Origin: an uncultured Spirochaetota bacterium
GTDB lineage: Bacteria > Spirochaetota > Brevinematia > Brevinematales > JAOACQ01
NCBI GenBank assembly: GCA_963783575.1
Contig: CAWAOD010000018.1
Location: 32,001 to 96,000, forward strand
DNA: 64,000 nt
Direction of reading: 5' to 3'
Shown in pieces: positions 8,925 through 20,220 of the stretch; position 1 is the stretch's first letter; each line of letters opens with the position of its first letter. The translations under genes and the position numbers were made by a program. The notes below the pieces were generated by a model. That model saw only the letters and a program-made list of their open reading frames with translations. It did no database searches and was not told where the DNA came from.

Positions 8925-11340
8925 TTAACCTTTCTTTGGTATCCTCATAGCATAGAATGATCTCCAGACGAATACCAGGGCAATCAGAAAGAACGCCGCA
9001 CCGACAAAGGGAGCAGCAGTGCGGAAGCTCTGGGAAATCGCGATTTCCATTGCGAGAAGTCCGAACAGGGTCGTAAACTTTATGATCGGATTCATCGCGA
9101 CTGAGGATGTATCCTTGAACGGATCACCGACAGTGTCGCCGATTACCGTCGCGTCATGCAGTGGAGTTCCCTTTTCCTTCAGATCTACTTCAACTATTTT
9201 CTTCGCGTTGTCCCAGGCGCCACCTGCGTTGGCCATAAATACCGCCTGGAAGAGGCCAAATACCGCGATTGCGATGAGGTAGCTGACGAAGAATGATGCC
9301 GGAGCGTTGTTATCACCCCTCGGCGAAGAGAAGAACGCAAATGCCAGGGCAAAGGAAAATACAGCTATAAAGATGTTGAACATGCCTTTCTGCGCGTACT
9401 GGGTACAAATTTTCACAACGTTTTTAGAAGCTACCATAGACGCCTTCTTTTCTGCATTGGCGTCGAGCTTTATGTTTTTCTTTATATATTCAACCGCGCT
9501 GTAAGCGCCGGTCGTAACGGCCTGCATGGAAGCGCCCGTGAACCAGTAGATCACCGCCCCCCCGCATATGAAGCCGAGAATGGTGTAGGGGTTCAAGATA
9601 TTCAAAATAGTAGCAGGATCGACACCCAGAGTTCCCTTGATCACAAGGATAAGTGAGAAGATCATCGTAGTAGCGCCGACTACGGCAGTTCCGATAAGCA
9701 CCGGTTTTGCCGTGGCCTTGAAAGTATTACCGGCTCCGTCGTTCATTTCCAGGAATTCCTTTGCCATCGTAAAATCAGGCTTAAAACCGAATTCCTTTTC
9801 AATTTCGCCGGCCGCATTTTTATTTTCCTCAATCAAAGAAAGCTCGTAAACTGATTGAGCGTTGTCGGTAACAGGGCCATAGCTGTCAACCGCAATGGTC
9901 ACAGGTCCCATACCTAGGAATCCGAATGCTACAAGTCCGAATGCGAAGATGGATGGAAATACCATGATCGCGCTTAAGCCGATAAGACTTGCAAAATAAG
10001 CGACTGCCATCAGGAAGACGATTACAAGCCCGATCCAGAAAGCTGAGAAGTTGCCGGCGACCAGGCCGGAAAGAATTGTAAGTGAAGCGCCGCCTTCCCT
10101 CGATGCAGTAACAACCTCTTTAACATGTTTGGAGCTGGGTGAAGTAAATATCTTGGTGAATTCGGGAATCAGCGCAGCGCCTATAGTGCCGCAGGAAATG
10201 ATGATGGAAAGAACCAGCCAGAGGCTGTTTGGAAGGATGGAAAGCTGCCAGTAGCTTACGCTGAATGTCATAATTATGGAAAGAATGGAAGTGATCCAGA
10301 TAAGGTTTGTCAGGGGTTTTTCATAATCGATCTTTTCCTTCTTTCCATATACGGATTTGCTTATTATGCTGTTTATCCAGTAGGCAGAACGGAAGTTACA
10401 ATCATAAGAACACGCATTACGAAAATCCAGGTCAGTAGCCTGATCTGATTCTCGCGCCGGAATTTACGCCCAGGAGAATAAAGCTTATCAAGGCCACGCC
10501 GGTAACACCGTATGTTTCAAAACCATCGGCGGTTGGGCCGACGCTGTCTCCAGCGTTGTCGCCGGTACAGTCCGCTATAACACCAGGATTCCTGGGATCG
10601 TCTTCCTTGATTTTAAATACTACTTTCATCAGGTCGGAACCGATATCGGCGATCTTTGTAAAAATACCGCCTGCCACGCGCAATGCTGAGGCGCCAAGCG
10701 ATTCGCCTATGGCAAAGCCTATGAAGCAGTAGCCCGCAAGATTTCCCGGAATAAATAAAAGGATTATCAGCATCATTATCAATTCAACAGATACCAAAAG
10801 AACGCCGATAGACATCCCGGACTGCAGGGGAATGTTCAAAAGTTTGAGCGGCTTCTTTTCCAGGGATGCAAATGCTGTTCTGGCGTTAGCCATTGTGTTC
10901 ATACGTATTCCGAACCAAGCGACGCCATATGAGCCCAAAATACCGAGGATAGAAAAGCCGAGTATGATTAGTACATTATTAAGAGGCATCGCACGGAGAA
11001 AACCAAAGTAAAAAGCGATACAAATTCCAATGAATATCTCGAGAATAATCAGAAACTTTCCCTGCTGAACTAAGTATGTCTTGCAGGTTTCAAATATAAG
11101 GTTACCTATATCGAGCATGGATTTGTGAACCTTGAGACCTTTTACCTGCAAAAATTCGAATAAACCGAAGAGAAGTCCCAAAACACAAATAACAAGGCCA
11201 ATAATTAATAAATTATAGCTCATCGGGTCAAACTTCGGAACAACCAAATCCGCTTCGCTGGCCATAAGAGGTGATGCAAAGATGAGAAACAGGGAAGCGA
11301 AAGACAGACTCTTCAATAAGATTTTGAATCTTTTATTCAT
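8925..11340 (-). CDS. hppA: Membrane ion-translocating pyrophosphatase, split by two single-base indels (~10460, ~10388)
   Basis: GGIFTKIADIGSDLMK, EDDPRNPGVIAD..GDNAGD, DNA, GNTFKA, GDTVGDPFKD; linker QIRLLTWIFVMRVLMIVTSV recovered in the third frame. Confidence 0.9.
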
Positions 11341-11678
11341 TATCTTCCTCCTAAATTAAATAAATTTTTTATAATTTAATAATTATCAGAATGTTATAAA
11401 CCCGGGTCACTTCATTAACAGCCTGAAGTACCGTATAATAAGAAAACAGAACCAAACTATTCTATATGGTTTAAACATTTATGTCAAGGAAAGTCCCAAT
11501 CATTAGTGTTTCAGACGGATTTTGAAATTGTAACTTTGAAAGCCGGCGTTTCCTGCAATTTATTTTGATGTTTTGTGTAGCTAATATCAGAATATTTAAA
11601 GAATATTGACGGTAATGCAAATTTGCCATTTAGAAAAGATTTTTGTATAATAAAACCGTTACTTTTTTGGAGTACGGC

Positions 11679-13676
11679 ATGGCTGTTAAAAAATTCCGGG
11701 TATTTTTCAAGTATAACGCGCGGTATGAAACAAAAAGTGTTGATGTTGTCGGGGATTTCAACCAGTGGAAGCCCGGGGCTGCGAAACTTTCAGATACGGA
11801 CAATGACAATGTTTGGGACGGTTATATTGATCTTCCCGCTGGCGAATATGAATATAAATTTTTAATTGACGGCTGCGATTATAAGCTTGATCCCAATAGC
11901 AGTTCAATAGTTCCAAGAGACGGAATTGAAAATTCCGTTTTATCTGTCGGAATCAGCACTGTGATTAATGATGCGGTGCATTATCCTGATAATACTGACG
12001 CATTTCTGGAAAATACATTATTCCTGAAAGCTTCTATTAATAAAAATATATACTGTGATGCAAAACTCATACTGGTAATAAACGATTCGCCCAGGGCTAT
12101 CAGAGGTTATTCTCTATATTGGGATGATAATTATTTATATTATTTCTTTAAATTTCAAAACGATTTTTGTGTGGAAAATTGTCTTTATTATTTTGAAATC
12201 GAAAAAATCGACGGGGGGTTTAATTATTTCGGTTCGAATGGAATAGTGGACTCAGAATGGGAAGTTAACAGCTTTGAATTTAAAGAGTCAATTAATCAAC
12301 CGTTTACAACTCCCGATTGGGTCAATGATTCAATCTTTTACCAGATATTTCCCGATAGATTCAATCATGGGGATAAAACAATGAATCGTGAAAATGTACA
12401 GCCGCCGCATACAATACCCGGCTCAAAATCCTTTTACGGCGGCGACCTTGAAGGAGTCATACAAAAAATCGATTATTTGAAAGAGTTGGGAATTAACGCT
12501 ATTTATTTCAACCCTATTTTTGAAGCCCCATCACCTCACAAATATGATATATCAGATTATAATAAAATTGATCCTCATTTTGGAACTATCGAGACATTTG
12601 ATAAAATGGTCCATAGTTTAAAAAAAAATTCGATCAATTTCATCCTCGATGGAGTATTCAATCATACGGGAACTGGCTTTTTCGCTTTTAAAGACATCGA
12701 AAAAAACGGTTCCGATTCAAAATTTATAAATTGGTATTTTATTAAAAAATTCCCTTTATTTGAAGACGGAAAGCCGAATTATGAGTGCTGGTGGAATTTT
12801 AAAGATCTTCCGAAACTTAATACTTCAAATCCAGATGTTAAAAAATATCTGATGGATTGCGCTTTATTCTGGATTAAAAAGGGAGCCTCCGGCTGGAGGC
12901 TGGATGTTCCAAATGAGGTTGATCATCATTTCTGGAAAGACTTCAGAAAAACCTTAAAATCAATAGCCCCTGATTCTTATATCCTCGGAGAAATATGGCA
13001 GAACGCGAAACCCTGGCTTATGGGCGATGAGTTTGACGCCGTAATGAATTATAGATTCCGGGATGCCTGCATAAATTTCTTTGTATATAGGAGATGCACC
13101 GCTGAGGAATTTATTCAAATGATTGGAAAACAGATCAGTGATTATCCGATGCAGGCAAATTTTGCTTTATTAAATCTTCTTTCAAGCCATGACACAGCCC
13201 GGTTCTTTACGGTAGTTGAAAAAGATATTACAAAACTTAAACTTGCTTTGTCATTTCAATTTACTTATCTTGGAGTTCCTTCCATATATTATGGTGAGGA
13301 AATTGGTATGGAAGGAGGGAGGGACCCTGATAACCGGAGATTTATGATCTGGGACAAAAAAGAGTGGAATACCGAAGTCTTTAACCTTTATAAATCACTG
13401 ATAAAAATTCGTAATGATAATGAAATACTCAAAAAAGGCGATTTCAGATTTATTTATGCCCGTAATATGATAATCGGTTTTGAACGTTTCATTGAGGATA
13501 ATAAACTGGTAATTTTTATAAATAATTCCGATAAAAGCCTGCAAATAGATGTTACGCAGATCCTTGGAAACGGCGACTTTATCGATATATCAAAAAATCA
13601 CCCGCTTAAAAGGAAGAAAGCATATAGATTATATGCCAATGATTTCGTAATTCTAAAAAAAATAAAAAGCAGGTGA
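11679..13676 (+). CDS. GH13 neopullulanase/cyclomaltodextrinase-like glycosidase with N-terminal glycogen-binding (CBM48/AMPK-type) domain
   Basis: VVGDFNQW..YEYKF; YQIFPDRF, GGDLEG, DGVFNH, GWRLDV, GEIW, SHD catalytic motifs; ATG at 11679 after GGAG. Confidence 0.9.
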   Translation: MAVKKFRVFFKYNARYETKSVDVVGDFNQWKPGAAKLSDTDNDNVWDGYIDLPAGEYEYKFLIDGCDYKLDPNSSSIVPRDGIENSVLSVGISTVINDAVHYPDNTDAFLENTLFLKASINKNIYCDAKLILVINDSPRAIRGYSLYWDDNYLYYFFKFQNDFCVENCLYYFEIEKIDGGFNYFGSNGIVDSEWEVNSFEFKESINQPFTTPDWVNDSIFYQIFPDRFNHGDKTMNRENVQPPHTIPGSKSFYGGDLEGVIQKIDYLKELGINAIYFNPIFEAPSPHKYDISDYNKIDPHFGTIETFDKMVHSLKKNSINFILDGVFNHTGTGFFAFKDIEKNGSDSKFINWYFIKKFPLFEDGKPNYECWWNFKDLPKLNTSNPDVKKYLMDCALFWIKKGASGWRLDVPNEVDHHFWKDFRKTLKSIAPDSYILGEIWQNAKPWLMGDEFDAVMNYRFRDACINFFVYRRCTAEEFIQMIGKQISDYPMQANFALLNLLSSHDTARFFTVVEKDITKLKLALSFQFTYLGVPSIYYGEEIGMEGGRDPDNRRFMIWDKKEWNTEVFNLYKSLIKIRNDNEILKKGDFRFIYARNMIIGFERFIEDNKLVIFINNSDKSLQIDVTQILGNGDFIDISKNHPLKRKKAYRLYANDFVILKKIKSR

Positions 13677-13793
13677 ATATATTGTTAAAATAAAAAAATA
13701 AATTTATACTCATTGCTTGCGGTTTCGAGTATCCCAGGCTATAATTAGGAAATATCATGCTTTTCGATTGAGAAAAAGAAAAAAGTAACATTT

Positions 13794-14582
13794 ATGACGA
13801 AGATAAAAAAAAATATTATTTTAAGTTTATTTTTGACATTCCTGCCATTATTGGCCTTTTCAAATATAAATATGGATCTTATTGATGCGGTCAAAAGCGG
13901 AGATTTGAAAAAAGTAGAGCTTTTAATTTCCGAAAGTGCGAATTACGCCGCCTGGGACGATTATGGAAGAAGGCCTATACATATAGCTTCCGAAAAAGGG
14001 TATTTGGATATTGTAAAATTTCTTATCGATAAAAAAGCCAGCCTGGAAGTCAGGGATAAAGACGGCTGGACACCACTCCATACTGCCGCATATAACGGGC
14101 AGATGGATGTTGTCAGGCTTTTAATCGATAATAAAGCTAATATCGAAGCAAGAGACAAAATCAATGAAACACCGCTATGTGTTGCCTGTTATAAAGGCAG
14201 ATTCGAAATAGTAAAATATCTTGCTGAAAAAGGAGCGTCAATTACTGTAATTGACCGTCAGGGGGATTCTCCGCTTCATCAGGCTGCATATAAAGGCTAT
14301 ACCAATATTATTGAATTTCTTCTTGATAAAGGAATGGAAATCAATTTAACCAATATTTACGGATGGACGCCCATTCACAGGGCGGCATATGGAGGACAGC
14401 TGGAAACAGTAAAATTCCTTGTTCAAAAGGGTGCTAATGCTGATCTGTTAACTGCCAAGACCTGGAAGCAATACCCGCAGGGTATAAATGCCTCAGAAAT
14501 ATCAAGAATAAATAATAAGATTGAAATATTTGAATATCTTCAAAAAATAACAAACGACAATATAATTCTATTAACTAATTGA
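13794..14582 (+). CDS. Ankyrin repeat protein with signal peptide
   Basis: 5-6 G.TPLH.AA..G repeats; N-terminal signal sequence ending LAFS. Confidence 0.9.
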   Translation: MTKIKKNIILSLFLTFLPLLAFSNINMDLIDAVKSGDLKKVELLISESANYAAWDDYGRRPIHIASEKGYLDIVKFLIDKKASLEVRDKDGWTPLHTAAYNGQMDVVRLLIDNKANIEARDKINETPLCVACYKGRFEIVKYLAEKGASITVIDRQGDSPLHQAAYKGYTNIIEFLLDKGMEINLTNIYGWTPIHRAAYGGQLETVKFLVQKGANADLLTAKTWKQYPQGINASEISRINNKIEIFEYLQKITNDNIILLTN

Positions 14583-14590
14583 TGATAAAA

Positions 14591-14658
14591 ATAAGTATTA
14601 TGAGCCATTCGGCATTGCAGTCCAAACAAGGCGGTTCAGGGAAGGGATTTTACTTATC
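14591..14658 (+). repeat. Expanded palindrome copy ATAAGTA...TACTTAT with GC-rich insert
   Basis: 7-bp inverted flanks; insert ends GAAGGGA, as in the 61103 copy. Confidence 0.5.
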
Positions 14659-14704
14659 AAAATGAATACAGATTCAATCTTTTGTTAAAATGGGATAGGC
14701 TTTT

Positions 14705-15724
14705 ATGAACGGTAATAAATGTATTTATTGCACTAATATAAATCCGGTTTCGATTGAATACGCATTCCCTAAAAGCCTTGGATCATTCAAATTTTTCCCT
14801 CCCTTAATAGACAAAGTTTGTCCGACCTGCCTTTCCAAACTTTGCTGGTTCGATGAAAGATTTCAAAAAACCGGCAGTATTTCATATTTCAGGAATTATC
14901 TTGAAATAGAAAGCGGAAGAAAAATTGTTAAAAAGACCAGATCTAAAAATTATGAAAATATTGAATTTACAGCTTACAGGCCCGAAGGAGATTTTGAGGT
15001 TATATGGATTTTTAACAGGACAGAAAAGACCATAAAGATCATTCCACAGCTCATTATTATCGATAAAAACGGGGAAACACACCAGATCGCGATTAAAGAA
15101 AAATGGAGTGATGAAAACGAGATTTTAATTGCTATTAAAAACAGGGGACTGGATCTAAAAAACAATATCGCCGTTCATTATATTGGCTCTCAGGATCTGT
15201 TCGACAGATATGTTAACGGTAAAATTAAAATTGGACATTCAACTCATCAATCGTCCCGTCTTTTTGACCAAAATATAACAAATCATTTTGCCGCGAATTT
15301 TTATTCCAGAAATATCGCTAAGATTGGTTTTCATTATCTGCTGACTGTCCAAAGTTTATTAAGGGGAGATGAAAGCATGTTCAAACCTATCCGCAATTTT
15401 ATAATTAACGGCGGTCCTGTGAAGGAATTTTTAACGGAATCCTTTCTTCCAATTTTGAGTAATCATTCATCTAAAAATATCAATAAATTTCAGGGACATA
15501 TAATTATATTTGAAAAAATAGGACCCCATATTCAAGCGAAGCTTCAGCTTTTTACAGGTCCTGAATTTTTGCCCGTCACTTATAAAATTCAATTAGGAAC
15601 AGATAATTTACTCAAATATCCTGATTTCCAGACAGGACATTATTTCCTCTACTATCCCCGCGGCAGAAAAAAGCAATTTAACGGCGAAGCCTACCCATTC
15701 GGAAATTTGAATTTTAAAAATTGA
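14705..15724 (+). CDS. Hypothetical protein with degenerate N-terminal HNH-like zinc-finger
   Basis: CIYC...E(Y)AFPKSLG...VC..C(L). Confidence 0.6.
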   Translation: MNGNKCIYCTNINPVSIEYAFPKSLGSFKFFPPLIDKVCPTCLSKLCWFDERFQKTGSISYFRNYLEIESGRKIVKKTRSKNYENIEFTAYRPEGDFEVIWIFNRTEKTIKIIPQLIIIDKNGETHQIAIKEKWSDENEILIAIKNRGLDLKNNIAVHYIGSQDLFDRYVNGKIKIGHSTHQSSRLFDQNITNHFAANFYSRNIAKIGFHYLLTVQSLLRGDESMFKPIRNFIINGGPVKEFLTESFLPILSNHSSKNINKFQGHIIIFEKIGPHIQAKLQLFTGPEFLPVTYKIQLGTDNLLKYPDFQTGHYFLYYPRGRKKQFNGEAYPFGNLNFKN

Positions 15725-15847
15725 CGGATTAAAAATAAGCGGCAAAAAAAGCGATTTGCCTATTTAAAATTGTAAAAATTGATAATCTCCACTGTTAGTT
15801 ATATAATAGATTGATAAATATGTATCAAGCAGCCTGCCCTGAGCTGA

Positions 15848-17538
15848 CAGACTGTGTGAAAACACAGTAAATATGCTATAATTATTAGAACAAAAATAAT
15901 CGGAGTAAAAGATGAAGCATATTGAGGGAGAATCAAGGGATCAGATAGTTCTGTTCAATGAAACACTGGAAGATCTGTTAGGAGAAGAAGATCCGGTAAG
16001 GTTTATAGATATTTTTGTTGATAAGCTAAATATGAAAGGAGTTGGTTTTAAAGTAAAAGAAGCATCAACCGGCAGAAGTTCATATAAATCCGAAATACTT
16101 TTAAAAATCTATATTTACGGATATTTGAATAAAATCAGGACAAGCAGGAAATTAGAGAGAGAGTGCCGAAGAAACACAGAGTTGATGTGGCTGACTGGAC
16201 GACTAGCGCCGGATTTCAAGACGATTGCCGACTTCAGGAAAGACAATAAGAAGGGAATACAGTCGATATTCAGAGAATTTTTGAAGATATGTCATAAAGC
16301 CGGGCTTTTATCATTTGACGTTGTTGGAATTGATGGAACCAAGATCAGTGCGCAAAACCACAATAACAATGTTTATCATAGGAAAAACATAGAAGAAATC
16401 ATACATAGAATAGATCAAAAGATCGAAGAATATTTGAATGAGATGGATAAGAACGATAAGGAAGAAAAGAATGAATTTGAATTTCTTTCCGGAAAGATAG
16501 CGGAACGTTTAAAGAAAATGAAAACAAAAAAGGATAAAGTTGAGGCTATTAAAAAGATTTTTGAGGGAAATCCTGAAATGGAGAAATATTATTCAAATGA
16601 CCCGGAAAGCCGGTTTATGAATGATAAAGGGAAATCCGACATTGCATATAATCTGCAGATGGCAGTAGATGATGCGAATAAACTGATTGTGGTGATTGAT
16701 GTGACAAATGAAAACAATGATATCAAACAGATGGCAGGAATGTGTGACCGAGTAGAAGAAATAAAGGACGAGCTTAAGGTAGAGACTGAAACGGTCAAAG
16801 TATCGGATGCCGGTTATTACAGCGAACCGCAGATACTGGAATGTATAGATAAGGGACATAACGTATATATGCCGAATCCGGATGACGAACATAAGGCAAG
16901 GATTCGAGGCAAAGAAGATAATAAAGGAGTACCTGCTGAAGAATACCAGGTTGATAAATTCAAATATGATCCGGGACAAGATGTTTATTATTGTCCGGAG
17001 GGAAACCCATTAGTGAGAAATGGGAAAAAAGTAGAGAAGGTCAATGGAGGAAAAGAGATAGTCAGGTACAAGTGCGGCTTATGCAGCCAATGTGAAGTAA
17101 GAAATAAGTGTACTGAAAGCGTGGAAGGACGAAGTATCAAAGTACCAGTTAGAAAAGAAGAAATTGAGAACTTCAAGAGGAAAATTCGTTCTGAAGCCGG
17201 GAAAAAGATCATAGAGAAAAGGAAAGAGATATGTGAACATCCATTTGGATCGATAAAAAGGAATATGGGTTACAGTTATTTTTTAATGAAGGGAAAGGAT
17301 GGCGTTCTGACGGAATCCAGTTTGGCAGGATTCATTCATAATTTAATAAAAGTATTGAATATATTGGGAATAAAGAGACTTATGACTCTGGTTTGATGCT
17401 AATAAACCATCGTTTATCGTATTCGGATAGATTTTTTAAACTAAGATTTTTTTAGCTTGAAAAATATATCAAAAAATGGAGTTTTTGTATAATTAATCGA
17501 TTTTACTATAAAATTTTACTGAGTTTTCACACAGTCTG
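15848..17538 (+). mobile_element. IS1182-family insertion sequence
   Basis: Terminal inverted repeats CAGACTGTGTGAAAAC(A/T)CAGTAAA at both ends; TGA direct repeat on each flank; single transposase ORF. Confidence 0.9.
15912..17396 (+). CDS. IS1182-family DDE transposase
   Basis: LLKIYIYGY..SRKLE, PDFKTIADFR, IDGTK, YN.Q..VD, DAGY, CP.G, EHPFG.IK. Confidence 0.95.
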   Translation: MKHIEGESRDQIVLFNETLEDLLGEEDPVRFIDIFVDKLNMKGVGFKVKEASTGRSSYKSEILLKIYIYGYLNKIRTSRKLERECRRNTELMWLTGRLAPDFKTIADFRKDNKKGIQSIFREFLKICHKAGLLSFDVVGIDGTKISAQNHNNNVYHRKNIEEIIHRIDQKIEEYLNEMDKNDKEEKNEFEFLSGKIAERLKKMKTKKDKVEAIKKIFEGNPEMEKYYSNDPESRFMNDKGKSDIAYNLQMAVDDANKLIVVIDVTNENNDIKQMAGMCDRVEEIKDELKVETETVKVSDAGYYSEPQILECIDKGHNVYMPNPDDEHKARIRGKEDNKGVPAEEYQVDKFKYDPGQDVYYCPEGNPLVRNGKKVEKVNGGKEIVRYKCGLCSQCEVRNKCTESVEGRSIKVPVRKEEIENFKRKIRSEAGKKIIEKRKEICEHPFGSIKRNMGYSYFLMKGKDGVLTESSLAGFIHNLIKVLNILGIKRLMTLV

Positions 17539-17595
17539 TGAGTTTATGGTGTGCCTGTTGAATTAAAGGGTCACGCTTATAAAAGGGGTCTGATT

Positions 17596-18828
17596 TTGTT
17601 TAGAAAAAAGAAATATGCACTTGTACTTGCTGGAGGAGGCGCTAAAGGAGCTTACCAGATTGGCGCTTGGAAAGCCTTCAGGGAATTAAATATCGAATTT
17701 GAAGCCATTGTCGGAAGTTCAGTTGGGGCATTAAACGGAGCGCTTATAGCCCAGAATGATTATAAAATTGCATTGGATTTATGGGAAAATATCAGCCTTG
17801 AAAAAATTATTAAAATTCCCAATGGATTATTCCAGGACGGTAAATTTCATATAAACAGGATGAATATTTCATACCTTAAGCAGTTACGTGATGAATTCTT
17901 TAAATTCGGCGGACTGGACACTTCCCCCTTAAAAAATATTATAAATGCGTCTCTTAATGAAAATAAAATCAGAAAATCGGGGATGGATTTCGGTATTTTG
18001 ACTTATGAGCTTAGCGATTTGAAGTCTAAAGAGCTTTTTCTTGAAGATATCCCCCAAGGGTTGATAAACGACTATCTTTTAGCAAGCTCGACATTGCCGG
18101 GATTCAAAGCAACAATTATTAAGGGCAAGCAGTTTTTAGACGGCGGGTTGGCTGACAATATTCCTTTTGCTGCGATTAAAGAGCGTGGTTATAAAAAGAT
18201 TATCGTGGTCGATGTTTCCGGCCTGGGAATTAACAGGAGGCCGGACATGGCCGGGACAGAAACGATCTATATTAAAAACTCTATCGATATGGGCACAATA
18301 GTAGATTTCTCAAGAAAATTCATTAATGATTACATTCAGCTTGGTTATCTTGATACAATGAAAGTTTTTGAAAAAATTTACGGGATTTATTATTTTTATA
18401 ATTTTGACAAAAAGACTATCGGAAGACTTCAAAACTTCCTATACAGGGATACTGTTATTAATGAATATTCCAGATATCTCACTAAAAATCATCCTGAGAC
18501 CAAAGAAGATATAAATACCAGAATCAAAGAAATCCTGCCTGAAGAAATTCAAAATTTTTATTATAACGTAATCAGTCTGGCAGAATGTGCAGCGCTTGAA
18601 TTAAAACTTGAAAGAAACCGTTTATATAATTTTGAAGAAATCTTGTTAGAGATATGGAAGCAATTTTTACCTGAGAAAAAGAGAATCTTTGACATTCAAA
18701 TAAACAAAAATGGTATAATCGGTTTTTTTGATCGACTATCTGGAAAGGCAGATTACAATCTAATCCCATCAAGGGTTTTTTATTATATACTGAAGTATTA
18801 TTACGAGAATAAAAGGCATAATTTGTGA
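17596..18828 (+). CDS. Patatin-like phospholipase
   Basis: GGGAKG, GSSVG and DGG motifs; TTG at 17596 after AAGGGG. Confidence 0.9.
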   Translation: MFRKKKYALVLAGGGAKGAYQIGAWKAFRELNIEFEAIVGSSVGALNGALIAQNDYKIALDLWENISLEKIIKIPNGLFQDGKFHINRMNISYLKQLRDEFFKFGGLDTSPLKNIINASLNENKIRKSGMDFGILTYELSDLKSKELFLEDIPQGLINDYLLASSTLPGFKATIIKGKQFLDGGLADNIPFAAIKERGYKKIIVVDVSGLGINRRPDMAGTETIYIKNSIDMGTIVDFSRKFINDYIQLGYLDTMKVFEKIYGIYYFYNFDKKTIGRLQNFLYRDTVINEYSRYLTKNHPETKEDINTRIKEILPEEIQNFYYNVISLAECAALELKLERNRLYNFEEILLEIWKQFLPEKKRIFDIQINKNGIIGFFDRLSGKADYNLIPSRVFYYILKYYYENKRHNL

Positions 18829-20075
18829 ATAATTTTATTCCAGTAGCAATTATAGGCGGAGGAGCAGCCGGTTTAATGGCGGGTATTTCATCATCTTATT
18901 CCGGAATAAAACCGGTAATTTTAGAAAAAAATGACAGGATCGGCAAAAAAATTCTGGCTACAGGAAACGGAAAATGCAATCTTACCAATAAAAACATTGA
19001 TATTTCTCATTATCATGGAAAAAATCCGGGTTTTGCACTGAATTTCCTGAATCACTTCGGTCCGGAATATACTCTCGAGATGTTTGAAAAAATGGGGCTT
19101 GAATTCATAACTGACGATGAAGGCCGAGTTTTCCCGGAGAGCCTTCAGGCAGGAAAGTGTTTTGGACTGCCTAAGGCTTGATCTGGATAGAATCGGGGCC
19201 GAAATTTCAACAAAATCTGAAGTGCTTTCCTTAAAGAAAAACGGCGGTAATTTTATAATTCAAACTGTCGATGGAAAGAATTTTACTGCCGGTTCGGTTA
19301 TTCTGGCATGTGGAGGGAAGGCCGCCCCTTCAACCGGCAGCGATGGCAGTGGTTTCCGCCTTGCAGAGTCTTTGGGGCATAAAATCATCCAGCCACATCC
19401 TGCGCTGATTCAACTTAAGCTTGATGGTACACTTCATAAAGCAATGGAAGGCATGAAAATGGGACTGCAATGTCAAACTTTTATACTATAATAATCCGGT
19501 AGAATCAATAAAAGGCGATATCATGTTCACTAATTACGGAATATCCGGACTTGCAATATTGAAGTTAAGCAAGAATGCCATATCGGGTCTGGCGGAAAAT
19601 ATTCCGGTTGAAATTGAAATAGATTTTTTTCCTAAGCTTACACTTGAAGATAAATTAAAAATTATAGAGAAGCGTGTTAATAATCAGCCAGAAAGACTTC
19701 TTGAGCATTTCTTCACCGGCTGGCTGAACAAGCGTATCGGTCAGACTTTATTAAAATCCTTGGGATTGAGGAATGACAGGGCTTATTCATCATTAACAAA
19801 TGCTGAACAGAAAAATATAGCATGTGCTCTTCAGGCGAAGCGCTTTAAAGTTACAGGTAACACCGGCTGGCAAAACGCCCAGATAACAGCGGGCGGCGTT
19901 GACACTGATGAAGTTGCCGGTTTAACACTTGAATCGAAGCTTATCAAAGGCCTTTTTTTCGCGGGCGAAATCATTGATATTGACGGCGATTCAGGAGGAT
20001 ACAACCTGCAATGGGCATGGTCCGTCAGGCTTCGCGGCAGGAAAAGCTGCCGGGGATTATGCGGAAAATTTGTGA
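18825..20075 (+). CDS. BaiN/HI0933 (YhiN)-like NAD(P)/FAD-dependent oxidoreductase, three apparent +1 indels (~19155, ~19458, ~20022)
   Basis: GGGAAG, GKKILATGNGKCN, GRVFP, GSDGSG, FT.YGISG, TAGGV, GE..D.DG..GGYNLQWAW spread over three ORFs. Confidence 0.85.
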
Positions 20076-20220
20076 TTAGTAAGAAAGAGAAATAAAAATC
20101 AATCCGGAGGGATATAAAATATTGAATTAATAAATCAAAATTTGTGTTGTTTCTTTATAATTTTAAATTTATGTTTTATACTATTTATTATTTTTAAATA
20201 TAAAGGAGTTATTACTGAAA

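Noticed and set aside
11400..11435. Na+/Li+ riboswitch upstream of hppA
   Set aside because: A hairpin (CACTTCA/TGAAGTA) is present, but there is no recognisable riboswitch consensus.
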